From: Botryllus schlosseri | Taxonomy: Eukaryota | DNA: 64,000 nucleotides | Assembly: GCA_051294905.1 (NCBI GenBank) | Contig: CM119372.1 | Location: 10,480,001 to 10,544,000 of the forward strand | Direction: 5' to 3' | Shown here: piece after piece, positions 1 to 10,407 of the stretch | How positions within the stretch are numbered: the stretch's first letter is position 1 | How the letters are laid out: each line of letters begins with the position of its first letter | Program-made: the position numbers and the translations under genes | Notes under the pieces: model-generated | Told to the model about the DNA's origin: nothing | What the model saw: only the letters and a program-made list of their open reading frames with translations | Databases searched by the model: none

Positions 1-94
1 GGAAAGATTGCTTGATGGATTAGAATACCATAACTGCTTCCATTGTCACTTGTGCCTATTTATCAGTATACTAGTCTTAAGGCCTTTTTCAAAA

Positions 95-170
95 TATTTT
101 ACAGCTCTTCTTCAAAAATGTTCGCGGCACAACTAAAAATCTGTGGCGGCACACAGTTTGGAAATCACTG
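95..170. mobile_element. Right end of a hAT (Charlie/Buster-like) MITE fragment
   Basis: Ends in AGTTTGGAAATCACTG, resembling the reverse complement of the CAGTGGTTCTCAA-type TIR found repeatedly in this window; left end not identified. Confidence 0.4.
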
Positions 171-390
171 TATTAACCTATGTAGATTTGGAATGAATAT
201 TTATCAAAGCTCATTTTGACAATATGGGCCTAATCCAACTATAGCGATCTGCTGAATTGACATCACGTTTGGTTCGCAGTCTAGTACTTGCCTTAAGTTC
301 TGCCTTTTCCAACAGATTTTGTAAATGGATGACATATTCGTTGTATAAGCTTACTATTATTACTACAATTAGGACTCCATTTTATAAGCG

Positions 391-2487
391 ATGAAATTCG
401 GGGAGAATCTGCAAACCCATCTAACTCCGGAATGGAGAAGTCAATACATCGATTATGAGTTTCTGAAAACACTATTGTATGAATGTAAAGAACAGAGTCC
501 GGACGCTGAACTCACCGAAGAATTGTCCATGCAAAGGTACTTTGCGAGATTTGAGGAAAAGTTTTTCGCGGTATGCGAAAAGGAGCTTACAAAAGTCAAC
601 ACATTTTTTTCTGAAAAGCTTGCCGAGTCGACGAGAAGATTCACGTCCCTGCAAAGTGAGCTTCAAGCGCAGAAGGCGGCGAGACGAAGCATACGTTCTA
701 GGAGAAAGAGTGAATTTCGCATCCCCAACAAGCAGAAAACGCAAGTCCGCACAGTGAAGGATTTGAAATTAGCATTCTCCGAGTTCTATTTGAGTTTGAT
801 ATTATTGCAAAATTACCAAGATTTGAATTTCACTGGCTTCCGAAAAATCCTGAAAAAACACGATAAAAATCTCGCCACCGACAGAGGTCATAAATGGAGG
901 ATGGAGAATGTGGAGACCGCTCCATTCTATACAGACTCCTACATTGGCCAGCTGATCTTGAAAACAGAAACGGATTACATCAATGATCTTGAAGGCGGGG
1001 ATCGTTCAAAAGCAATGAAACGATTAAGAGTACCTCCATTGACAGAGCATCAAAGGTACCCTCGGTGGACGGTTTATAGAGTGGGATTTTTCACTGGAAT
1101 GTATTTTGTTTCTTTTGTTGCGGCCATTCTTGGAATCGCATTACTCGAAGTACAACTCGATCCATGGCTAGTGGTCGACTTGTATAGACCTGGGCTTGTG
1201 TTGTACTTATTCCTCTTTTTTATTGGTATCAATACTTGGGGCTGGCGATCAGCTGGGGTGAATCACGTTTTGATATTTGGAATCGATCCGCGAAAGCATC
1301 TTTCCGCCTATCATTTATTTGAATTAGCTGCGATCTCGGCGGTCCTGTGGACAATCAGTGGTATATTATTGATTATTGGGAACTTGGCACCTTTTCCCGA
1401 ACCGGGCATGCCAGTCTATCTCAGCCCTGGAATTTTATACGGTATCTACATCGTGTTCCTGTTGAACCCGTTTCCAATTTTTTATCACAAAGCAAGATTT
1501 TGGTTGCTGAAAAGACTGTGGCGGCTTTTGGCTTGTGGGTTTTATCCTGTGGAATTTGCCGACTTTTGGCTTGCGGACCAGCTGACAAGTTTAGGTTCGT
1601 TATTTCTGGATTTGGAATTTATCATCTGTTATTATAGTATCGATGGAAATGTCTACAATGGCTGGAATCAGGCAGACCCAGATGCAAGAGTGTGTGGCTC
1701 CTACGCGTATGGACTCCGTGCTGTCCTGGCATGTTATCCGGCGTGGATACGGTTCGTGCAATGTATAAGGAGATTTTACGATTCCAGAAAATGGTTCCCA
1801 CATTTTGTCAATGCTGGAAAGTATTCGACAACGTTTTTCAAAGTTACTTTTAGCGCACTGTTCGCTCTTCACTATCAACACACCCGTCAATTACACAGCG
1901 TGTACTTTTACGTCTGGCTTGCCAGCCTGTTCATTAACAGCTGTTACACTCTAGCCTGGGATATAAAAATGGATTGGGGATTTCTTGATAAGAATGCTGG
2001 CGAAAATAAGTGGTTGAGGGAAGAGGTTGTATATTCTTATACGGCTTATTATTATTTTGGTATAATTGAAGATTCTCTGCTGCGGTTCGCGTGGGTGTTC
2101 AAGATCGCTCTGGAACAAGCTTCAACGGAGACTATAGTGCCGAAGCCTGTCTTGAATACAATTTTTACAGTGCTTGAAGTTTTCCGTCGGTTTGTGTGGA
2201 ATTTTTTCCGCTTGGAGAACGAGCATTTGAATAATTGTGGTGAATTTCGGGCGGTGCGCGATATCTCCGTGGCGCCCATTCGCGAAGATGACCTGACGTC
2301 TCTCATGAAAATGATGGATGATGTCGATGGGGTCGAACAGTTCAGGCGGCGAATAAGGGAAGACGGAACTGGGCATAAGCCGATGCTGAAAAAACTTGGT
2401 GCACTGAGACGAAATGTGTCTAGCGCAGTGCAGTTTGCCGGTAGTGGTGGATCGGACGAAGATGGGACAAGCACCAGTGCGATATGA
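391..2487 (+). CDS. XPR1: Xenotropic and polytropic retrovirus receptor 1 homolog (SPX-EXS phosphate exporter, SLC53A1), single coding exon, 698 aa
   Basis: N-terminal SPX domain (MKFGENLQTHLTPEWRSQYIDY; LKLAFSEFYLSLILLQNYQDLNFTGFRKILKKHDK), KAMKRLRVPPL linker, multiple transmembrane helices, EXS domain (VEFADFWLADQLTSL; NAGKYSTTF; WDIKMDWG; LEVFRRFVWNFFRLENEHLNNCGEFRAVRDI). Confidence 0.97.
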   Translation: MKFGENLQTHLTPEWRSQYIDYEFLKTLLYECKEQSPDAELTEELSMQRYFARFEEKFFAVCEKELTKVNTFFSEKLAESTRRFTSLQSELQAQKAARRSIRSRRKSEFRIPNKQKTQVRTVKDLKLAFSEFYLSLILLQNYQDLNFTGFRKILKKHDKNLATDRGHKWRMENVETAPFYTDSYIGQLILKTETDYINDLEGGDRSKAMKRLRVPPLTEHQRYPRWTVYRVGFFTGMYFVSFVAAILGIALLEVQLDPWLVVDLYRPGLVLYLFLFFIGINTWGWRSAGVNHVLIFGIDPRKHLSAYHLFELAAISAVLWTISGILLIIGNLAPFPEPGMPVYLSPGILYGIYIVFLLNPFPIFYHKARFWLLKRLWRLLACGFYPVEFADFWLADQLTSLGSLFLDLEFIICYYSIDGNVYNGWNQADPDARVCGSYAYGLRAVLACYPAWIRFVQCIRRFYDSRKWFPHFVNAGKYSTTFFKVTFSALFALHYQHTRQLHSVYFYVWLASLFINSCYTLAWDIKMDWGFLDKNAGENKWLREEVVYSYTAYYYFGIIEDSLLRFAWVFKIALEQASTETIVPKPVLNTIFTVLEVFRRFVWNFFRLENEHLNNCGEFRAVRDISVAPIREDDLTSLMKMMDDVDGVEQFRRRIREDGTGHKPMLKKLGALRRNVSSAVQFAGSGGSDEDGTSTSAI

Positions 2488-3392
2488 TTTCACACTCCTT
2501 CGCCAGTTGCCTATCTCGCAATGGTATCTTCGATGACCCGCGACTAGGTGCTAAAATATTGCCTGTCCTTGTCGTGAATTCTCTTCGCAGACCTTTGCAA
2601 CATTTTAATGTATTGAAATTGAGTACTGAAACCAATTCCACTGTTACACAGGGTACTCACGTACTCAGGTGCCTTTGCAATTTAGATGTATCATTTCATT
2701 TGTCATTGTGATACGTTGCGTGTCCTCGCCAACTTGGACAGGGTTTTTCGCAGACTTTCTCGCAGTGCTCGGTGATAAATTTAGCCTATTGCGGTAGGCT
2801 TTATTTATTGTCATTCAGTGATGTCTCATTTGAAGCATATTGAAACTAAACACCTCATTAAACCTGTGCTAATGAATTCCTGTGACGATTTCATGACTGA
2901 AATGGTCTCTGAGGCATATGACGATAGCTGCGTCAAATAGGCTTCAGAGATTATATAATTAATTCTGGTCATCATGCAAGGAATATCCTGTCCTAATGAT
3001 TTTAGCTACCTTCCCACAGTTTCAAAATATACTCCAGATATGCATAGAGGAGAATGAAGCCAGGGTAGTCCCTCGCTGGTCTGTAATTCCTGGAATTATA
3101 TACCGCTGGTTTGCAACACTGTTTTAAATTTGATTCCTTTCTTGCAAATCCACGTCATTGTGCTGGCTTCATGCAGGCACCGGCCTATTGTCAATTTAAA
3201 ATGTTTCATTCTCCGTTTAATGATGATTTTATACCAATAGTTCGTCTTGCGTTTTCTCAAATAAATTTTATTGTAATTACTCATACTGATAGTCAGTGTT
3301 ATTGAATTGAAGTTGGCCTATGTGTGATTTATACGGTATGTTTTTATTGTTCTTATTTATTGTCCATTCTAATATGTTATAGAATTGCTTGC

Positions 3393-3413
3393 CTAATAAA
3401 CATTTTGTCACAG
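3393..3413 (+). promoter_or_regulatory. Poly(A) signal (AATAAA 3395-3400) overlapping a branch-point-like CTAAT, followed by splice acceptor TTTTGTCACAG (AG 3412-3413), 19 nt upstream of the MNAT1 ATG
   Basis: Motifs read directly: gcctAATAAAcattttgtcacAG|cttagtcagtttgtatacaATG. Confidence 0.6.
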
Positions 3414-3432
3414 CTTAGTCAGTTTGTATACA

Positions 3433-3631
3433 ATGGATGAGCTAGGCTGTCCACGGTGCCGTACTACTAAGTACAATAAGCCCTCATTGAGGTTAATGAT
3501 AAATGTTTGCGGTCATGCATTATGCGAAGCCTGTGTGGATCAGTTATTTGTTAGAGAAGCTGGGATATGTCCCGAATGCAATGCTCCACTTCGTAAAAGT
3601 GGATTCAGAACACAACTTTTTGAGGATACAG
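3433..3631 (+). CDS. MNAT1: CDK-activating kinase assembly factor MAT1, coding exon 1 (C3HC4 RING finger)
   Basis: [39 protein letters not shown]...[20 protein letters not shown] is the MAT1 RING; phase-1 donor G|GTTGGT at 3632; 56-nt intron 3632-3687. Confidence 0.95.
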
Positions 3632-3687
3632 GTTGGTCTTAATATTTATCTCAAATTGAAACGCCTGAAACACTGGGTATTTTGTAG

Positions 3688-3984
3688 CTGTCGACAAGGA
3701 AGTTGATATTCGCAAGCAGATGATGAAAATTTTTAACAAGCAAGAGAATGACTTCTCCTCCTTGCGAGAGTACAACGATTATCTAGAAGAAGTGGAAATA
3801 ACCATTGAGAACTTACTCACTGGGACTAACGTGGATGCAACGAAGGCTAAAATTGCCCGGTATAAAGCGGAAAATGAAAGTCTCATTAAGAAAAATCAAG
3901 CACGGTTAAATCGCGAGAAGGCGTTTTTTCTGAGTCGACTTGAAAAGGAGAAGAAACAGAGTGAGCTAAAGCGGAAAATCAGAG
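3688..3984 (+). CDS. MNAT1: MAT1 coding exon 2 (helical/coiled-coil region)
   Basis: Acceptor TTTTGTAG at 3687; splicing restores [41 protein letters not shown], matching the conserved MAT1 segment; phase-1 donor G|GTTTGC at 3985. Confidence 0.93.
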
Positions 3985-4282
3985 GTTTGCATTGAAGAAT
4001 TACTGAATTAGGCGGGACATATTTCAACTGTGTGGTAGTTGAAGTGATCATTGCTGACTTGCATGAAGGAAAATATGCTGACGAGTTGACTCCCGTAAAT
4101 GAGTGTGTCGACAATATCTTGCATGCTCAAGCCTTAGGTTTCACATGCTCTTATGACAACATTTTTTCTGTTCAGCATTGGAAGTCCAATATTATCAATA
4201 CCGTACCAAAAACGACTCATTGTGTGAGCATTTTGGAAAGTTCACATTCATCATTGTGCTTCACTCAATTATGTTACTGCAC

Positions 4283-5252
4283 TATGGTTGCCATATCTTC
4301 AGAATTTCACTCTTAAAACTGTGTCCGGGAGGAAATTCTAAAATATGCCCAAATGTCCGGAATTTTGAAGGCTTGAAATAGCATGAAATTTTTTTCGTAA
4401 ATATACATACGCGATATTATTTTTGGACAGATTTATCACACTTTGAAATTTTCTTCGCGCTGCGCCCTTGCATAAAATGCAATCAAACTAAATAAAAATA
4501 CTCGTCATTTACCGAAATAAGTCTAATTGTGATCTCAATTATAGGAGAACGGTATATTCCTAGAGTCGGTCAAGGCAATTTAGATGCTTCAGTCAAGGAT
4601 AGCGATTCTATCGATTCTAGAGTTCGTGAAGATGTTGAACGTAATTGGATTTCAAAATAGGCTGTGAGTTAGCCTGGACAAAGGTGCTGGGCCGTGACAC
4701 ATTTTCAAATTGGAAATTCTGTTGCGACCATAACAGGTTGAAAACAACTGGACGTGCGACCTGCTGGTGCGTACTGGCACATGCTCATAAATAGTCATGT
4801 GCTTGAGACATGAACATGACTTCACGATGTACAATTCCCTACATTTCGAAGTCATCCCCCACCAGCTCTACCACTAACTATGATCATGTGGGCGGAGAGA
4901 GGATCAAAATTTTATAGTAATATATGGAAGAACCAATGTTATTGACATATTTCATTGAAAAAATTTAACGACCAGATGCATATAGTAGCCCTACAGAAGT
5001 TGCATCGAATACCCTATGGTGGGACCAAGATTAGTGTTTATTTGGACGGAGGGGGCTGAAAAATGTTGTTTCGGTCCCGGTTACAACACACAACCAAATA
5101 CCTAGGCTCCTGATCCGGAACGTGACTACCTCGATTCGATAGGCGAAACGTTGAAGCATATTGACAGATAATGTGTCATACCTCATTTTAAAATTCGCTA
5201 GTGTGCGCTAAAGAGTGTCCATAATTTTATCCACAAAAATATGGTAACCCTT
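4283..5252. mobile_element. Non-autonomous hAT-type element in MNAT1 intron 2 (TAGGGTTACCATA-type TIR)
   Basis: Ends TATGGTTGCCATAT / ATATGGTAACCCTT; exact 8-bp TSD TACTGCAC at 4275-4282 and 5253-5260. Confidence 0.8.
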
Positions 5253-5535
5253 TACTGCACTATCGACCCATTATTGAAAATTGTACTATAAAGTAGTACA
5301 TAGCTGTCAAGAAACGTTACACTGATAACTCCGACAAATAATTATTTTACTCATCCTTTAGCTTAGTTCTCCATTTACTATTCTATGAAAATCCTAGAAC
5401 TGTATTCTGTAACACCATTCTAGTTTGCACTCAGAATCATGATTTAGTTGTAATGTATGTTTCTATGCACACAATGTATGTATGAGCAAATAGTTTGAAC
5501 ACCTTCAACAGTAACTTTCAATATTTGTATTTAAG

Positions 5536-6017
5536 ATGAAATGGAGAAAGAAGAGAATGAATCCAAGCGTATGAAGCATCAGAATTTGTTAGACGACTTG
5601 GAAAATAACAGGCACCTCTCAGCGCAGCAGGTTCTTGCAATGCATCAACAGAAACTTGAAATGGACTCATCATCGAAGACATTTGAAGAGAGAATGAGTA
5701 TGAGTCAGATCGAACTTTCCAATATTTCAACTGTCGATAGCATGACAGACTTTGGACGATCTGGTAACGCAGTACAGATTAATGTATCGTCTGGTCAACC
5801 GTTTGTGTACAAATTTACAGAGGAAGATATTTTGGGGCCAAAAATGCCATCTATAGATGATATTGTCAATACTGGTTATTTGAATAACGTTCGTCAATCG
5901 ACAGAACGGGATGTTGGCGGCGGATATAGTAGTCTGACTGCATGCTCCCGTGTGTTACAGGATGCATTCACTGGTTTATTATGGCGCCCTTGCTCCACAA
6001 TTGATGGTGTAGTTTGA
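5536..6017 (+). CDS. MNAT1: MAT1 coding exon 3 (C-terminal CAK-anchor region); spliced CDS 978 nt, 325 aa
   Basis: Acceptor TGTATTTAAG at 5535 in phase 1; KHQNLLDDLE, GYLNNVR, GGGYSSLTACSRVLQDAFTGL match the MAT1 C-terminus. Confidence 0.92.
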
Positions 6018-6041
6018 CATGCATGCTGCTGAGTGTGCAAT

Positions 6042-6647
6042 TGGGCTGTTCAAAAAAAACTTTTCGTTCAGATTTCACTGGCTACTTGACAAAATTGTTA
6101 GGTTGGTTAAGAAAACGCTGCATACCAACTTTGTCTCAATTCCAGCCAGTAGAAGCGAGATTCTTGTAGTAGAAAGTTTTGAATTTATCATTAAAAAATT
6201 AAAATTAAAACAAATTACTGAATTAAAAAAAGATATGATGCATACCAAATTTGGCTCAATTCCAGCCACTAGATGCAAAGTTGTTGCAGTAGAAAAATTT
6301 ACAATTCCATGATTTTATAATAAATAATTAAAAAGTTAGTCACCGTAAATACTATTTTATTCGAATCCAAATTTTTCTACTGCAATAACTTCGCTTCTAG
6401 TGGTTGGAATTGAGCCAAATTTGGTGTGCATCATCTCTACTGATAGCCTAACAATTTTATGGGGTCGACAGAAAAAATTTAAAATTTAATTTTTTTAATG
6501 ATGAATCCCAAACCTTCTACTGCAAGAATCTCGCCTCTACTGGCTGGAATTGAGCCAAAGTTGATGTGCAGCTTTTCTTTTAACCAACCTAACAATTTTA
6601 TCAAGTAGCCAGTGAAATCTGAAGGAAAATTTTTTTTAACAGCCCTA
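6042..6647. mobile_element. Foldback-type MITE with long inverted arms built from about 120-bp internal subrepeats
   Basis: GGGCTGTTCAAAAAAAAC...TTCAGATTTCACTGGCTACTTGA mirrors TCAAGTAGCCAGTGAAATCTGAA...AACAGCCCTA; flanks TGTGCAAT/GGTGCAAT (7/8) resemble an 8-bp TSD; subrepeat starts at 6121 and 6241. Confidence 0.85.
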
Positions 6648-8819
6648 GGTGCAATGTGCATTGATTGGCATCAATTTCCTCATTGTTTGGAAAATGAACT
6701 CGCATTTTGTCATTGCTGCTCCACGGAATAGGTGGGAAAGCTATTTGAGTCACCTGTTACCTCAAATTTCACTTGTTGACGGATCCGCTATGTCGCACTT
6801 GGTCCAATCTGGATTCTAATTCAGAATTGCGTTGGGTCCTTTCACTTCATTGTTTTGGACAGTCGGATTGACCTTGATCCGCCCAGAATTCCATACTAAG
6901 TAAATCCTGCGGTTGGCTGAACCAGCAGAAATTTTGCCCAGTGTGGTGTGGTTATGATAATTAATCACCTTGAATTAGTGAGTTATGTGCCGCACTATTG
7001 GTAAAACGATTAATTCGTATTAATTCGGGGAATGCTTAAAGATTCGAGGCAAATTCAAACGGCTCATGGGCGGTAATTTTCACCATTTCACAGTTTCAAA
7101 TCATGATTTGTCACAAGCCTTGCTATCGACATAAAAATAATCCATTTTGGTTACCCGCACCGCAGTAATACCTTCAACTGGTTAACTGATCTCTTAAAAT
7201 TTAATGAAGCGTCTCTATAGAACCGACTGAATCTGACCACTGCCTATTTCATGTGCGATATAATCGCCCGACTTATGCAAGTGCTTCGTTAAAGTTGAAA
7301 CGTGTAGCCCCGTGAATCTTGACAAGTATAGTGTAATGTTTGAAATACATATTCAACGCACTAATTCATATTGATCGTACGTTGTTGTGGGCAGGTGCAA
7401 TCCGCATAGGCTCGGTCTGCCATTGGAATCTTGTAGATGAATTTAGCCTGATGTATTGTAGTGGATTACTTCAAAAGTCTAAAATTGGGCCTCTGTCATT
7501 ACAATGTGAATCATTTTTCACAATCTGAATATCACAGAAGTTGGTTTTCGCATGTTCCAGCTACATCAAATACAATTTTGCTTACTATTTATGACGAAAA
7601 ATGAGCGATGGAGGGGAGAACAGAGGTGAGGACGTGCAAAAGTCCTTCAGGTTTTAGGAGTTCATTTCAATGTTACGTGATACCAAGCCATTGACCTCAG
7701 AAAATATCTTGCATTTATTCAAATACATTTTCAAAATATGGCAGCTTTTGTATACAATCGGAGTTGGGAGTGGTAGTGTATTATTTCTTGAATGGAATTC
7801 GGGTTTAGGAGTCTGGACCATAAGCATAAGCGGACCACCAATTTACACGGCGAGGAGAGTGGACGTGTTTTCTTCGCTCTCAAGCAGTTATGTTAGTTTC
7901 AAAAGTCAGGATTTTGAAGACGAGAAGTGGATATATTCAATAACGATCGATAGATTTTCACCAATTGATCTGATACACCAACGCTGAGAGCAGGATAACG
8001 CTGGTATTTTACGGACAGTTAACGAATCGGATTTAGAGCCACGAAATACGGAATCAAAAGGTCGCGGTTAATGGTATTAAATTGCCGCTGTTATATCGGG
8101 AGCTATCATTGGATAGTTTTTAGTTTTTATCTCCAATGGTGCGTAGTTTTGAAACACAAAAACGAATGCACCACTATATATCGATTGAAGAGAAACAAAT
8201 CTCCTCTCCTTTGGGAGGGCTTGAGTGGAGGTGCACGTGCACATTTTGCCGATCGTCATAAATTGGTCTGTGACTTGGAAAGTATTCCCACCTTTGTAGC
8301 AATTTCGGAAGTCAGTTTTCCGAATGAAACCTCAGAAAACGTGAATATATCGGGCTTGTAGCGGTCGCTGCAACGACTTGTTGCAAGACACGCTGGTATA
8401 GTGCTTGATTGGAGTCGACGCTACAGCTTACAGTTCCTGTTGTACGCACAAGTCGACTGACTAATGACCGCTCTCAGTTTACTCTTGCAATCCCGATCAC
8501 ACACGCAGATCCAAGGAGCTTTCTTTAGTAGCACAGAACAGCCAAATAGTAATAATTAGTGGTCAGAAACTTGTAGATTTACCAGGATCAAATCATACTG
8601 CAATATATTAACGAAAATAGAAAGAACACAGTTAGATGTATCTAATTGTCTGTATACGACTCTGTGACTTGAGCGCGAGCACGCCCGCTACGGCGCTACA
8701 CTGGCGATCTCTCAAAGCACATGCTTCGCAGACTACTTTATCGATATAATATTTAGGTCGTGGGAAATGAGGTTAGGAGCAGGGTAGCGCGGGAAGATTA
8801 TTGGCACCCTGCTGGGACA

Positions 8820-9313
8820 GATCTTACAGGGCTACAACTTCGAATATACTTTACATAGACGATTACATATTTTACAAAATCTGTTCTGAATTCAACTTGA
8901 ATATTGATCAATGCGAAGAATTGTGGCAGGAAATTGACCACCCGATCGGCTAACACAAATCATTTCTCGTTGCAGTATTATACCTCCATCCCAATAGCAA
9001 AAACAAGATCGCTGAATTCACCGAGGCAATGGAAAAGAGCATGGATAAAATCAACAGTGCAAACAAGATCTGTTTCATTATGAATCACCGATAAATCAAG
9101 CACTTGATCACTTAATGTAGCCTATATTCGAACGTGCTTGACAAAGAAATATTCCCGTTTGTTATATCTGCTAAAACTAGTGACCACTTATCAGCTGCTT
9201 ATTATCTCAACAACGCATACATGCTGAATCTCATCACTTCAGCTGACATCCTGCTTCCGTTGACGAAGATGCCCTCAACGAGGCGGCGTTCAATCTCTTT
9301 CATCCGTCTAGTC
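8820..9313 (+). pseudogene. Decayed CR1-group (L2/Crack/Daphne-like) LINE ORF2, AP-endonuclease fragment
   Basis: Translated pieces LQGYNFE, YIDDYIFYKICSEFNLNIDQCEELWQEI, SFLVAVLYLHPN, NKICFIM resemble LINE APE motifs; interrupted at 9314 by a hAT element. Confidence 0.7.
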
Positions 9314-9512
9314 CAGCGGTTTTCAACCGAGGGTCCGCGAACCATTTTAAGGTCTGCGAGACCTTTGAATTTGCAAAACGATGAACAATCAATTTGTCAC
9401 CTTATTTTAAAAATTATGGAAATAACGTAGCAGTTTCGCTTCAAACTGCTAATGCTTCAGTAAGCACATCAACAGAATGGCGGTATGAGATTAAATATCC
9501 TACTGTGTAAAC

Positions 9513-10407
9513 CAGGGGTGTCGAGCTCAAATTACGTCGCGGACCTGATTCAAACCTTCCAAATGCTCGCGGGGCGCACGCTTTGCTTTTCACTTGAATA
9601 CTTCATTACCAAGCATAGATAATAGTATATTGCAATTGTATCACGGATCATAGGGGTTTTATCCTAGCAAGTAGGAACATATTTATTCGCGAACAATGGA
9701 ATTGACGATAATGATTGGCTGGTTGAATACACTTAAGAACCGCTGCTAAAACATTGGCGGTAACGACGCTACAAGTTCTCTTATTTCTAAGCTCACTTTG
9801 CTTAAGTCGTAATCTGGCGTTAGCCGTGCGTGTGCGTTGTGAGGAATACAAGAGATTAAACTGTAAACGCGGACTTTGGAATTTGTTGTATTCTCATTAA
9901 ATCACGATTCCGCTTTCTCTAGACTCCGGGGACCTTTTAAGTCAGAAATGATGCAGCAGCGTGTCCACTGTCCATGCACTGATATTTGAATTATATTTTT
10001 GCGTAAATAATATATTATTATCCATGTAAAGTTCATAACGACCCACCATTGTCGTTTTCGCTTCTCTGAATAACTACTGTTTGGCACATTTTTTCATAAA
10101 ACTCAACTCAGTGTGCAATTTTTTGCCTTTTCGAAATTGGGTATCAATGTCACCGATTTGTTCCTACAGTGGTAACAAGTGTGAAACCACAACACCGTAG
10201 TCGGGTAATTAATTATAGTGTGGCCTACGAACATACGCAACATTTGCTGTCTTGAGGGAATATGAATATTTAACGGAAGTATTTTCTTCAAAACAAAGAA
10301 ACATTTGCGACAAATGTGCTGGATTATACTAGCATTTGTCAATCTACTCGGAATGGCTTCGCGGGCCGGATAAAATCGTCTGGTGGACCGTATGTTCGAC
10401 ACCCCAG
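9513..10407. mobile_element. Nested hAT MITE (CAGGGGTGTCGA TIR)
   Basis: CAGGGGTGTCGA / TCGACACCCCAG; TSD GTGTAAAC / GTCTAAAC (7/8). Confidence 0.8.

Noticed and set aside
7560..8400. Possible third gene of the XPR1-MNAT1 cluster (acceptor at 7560, ATGs at 7591 and 7601, ORFs 7670 and 8071)
   Set aside because: No consistent spliced frame or recognisable protein could be built; it may be a pseudogene but is unsupported.
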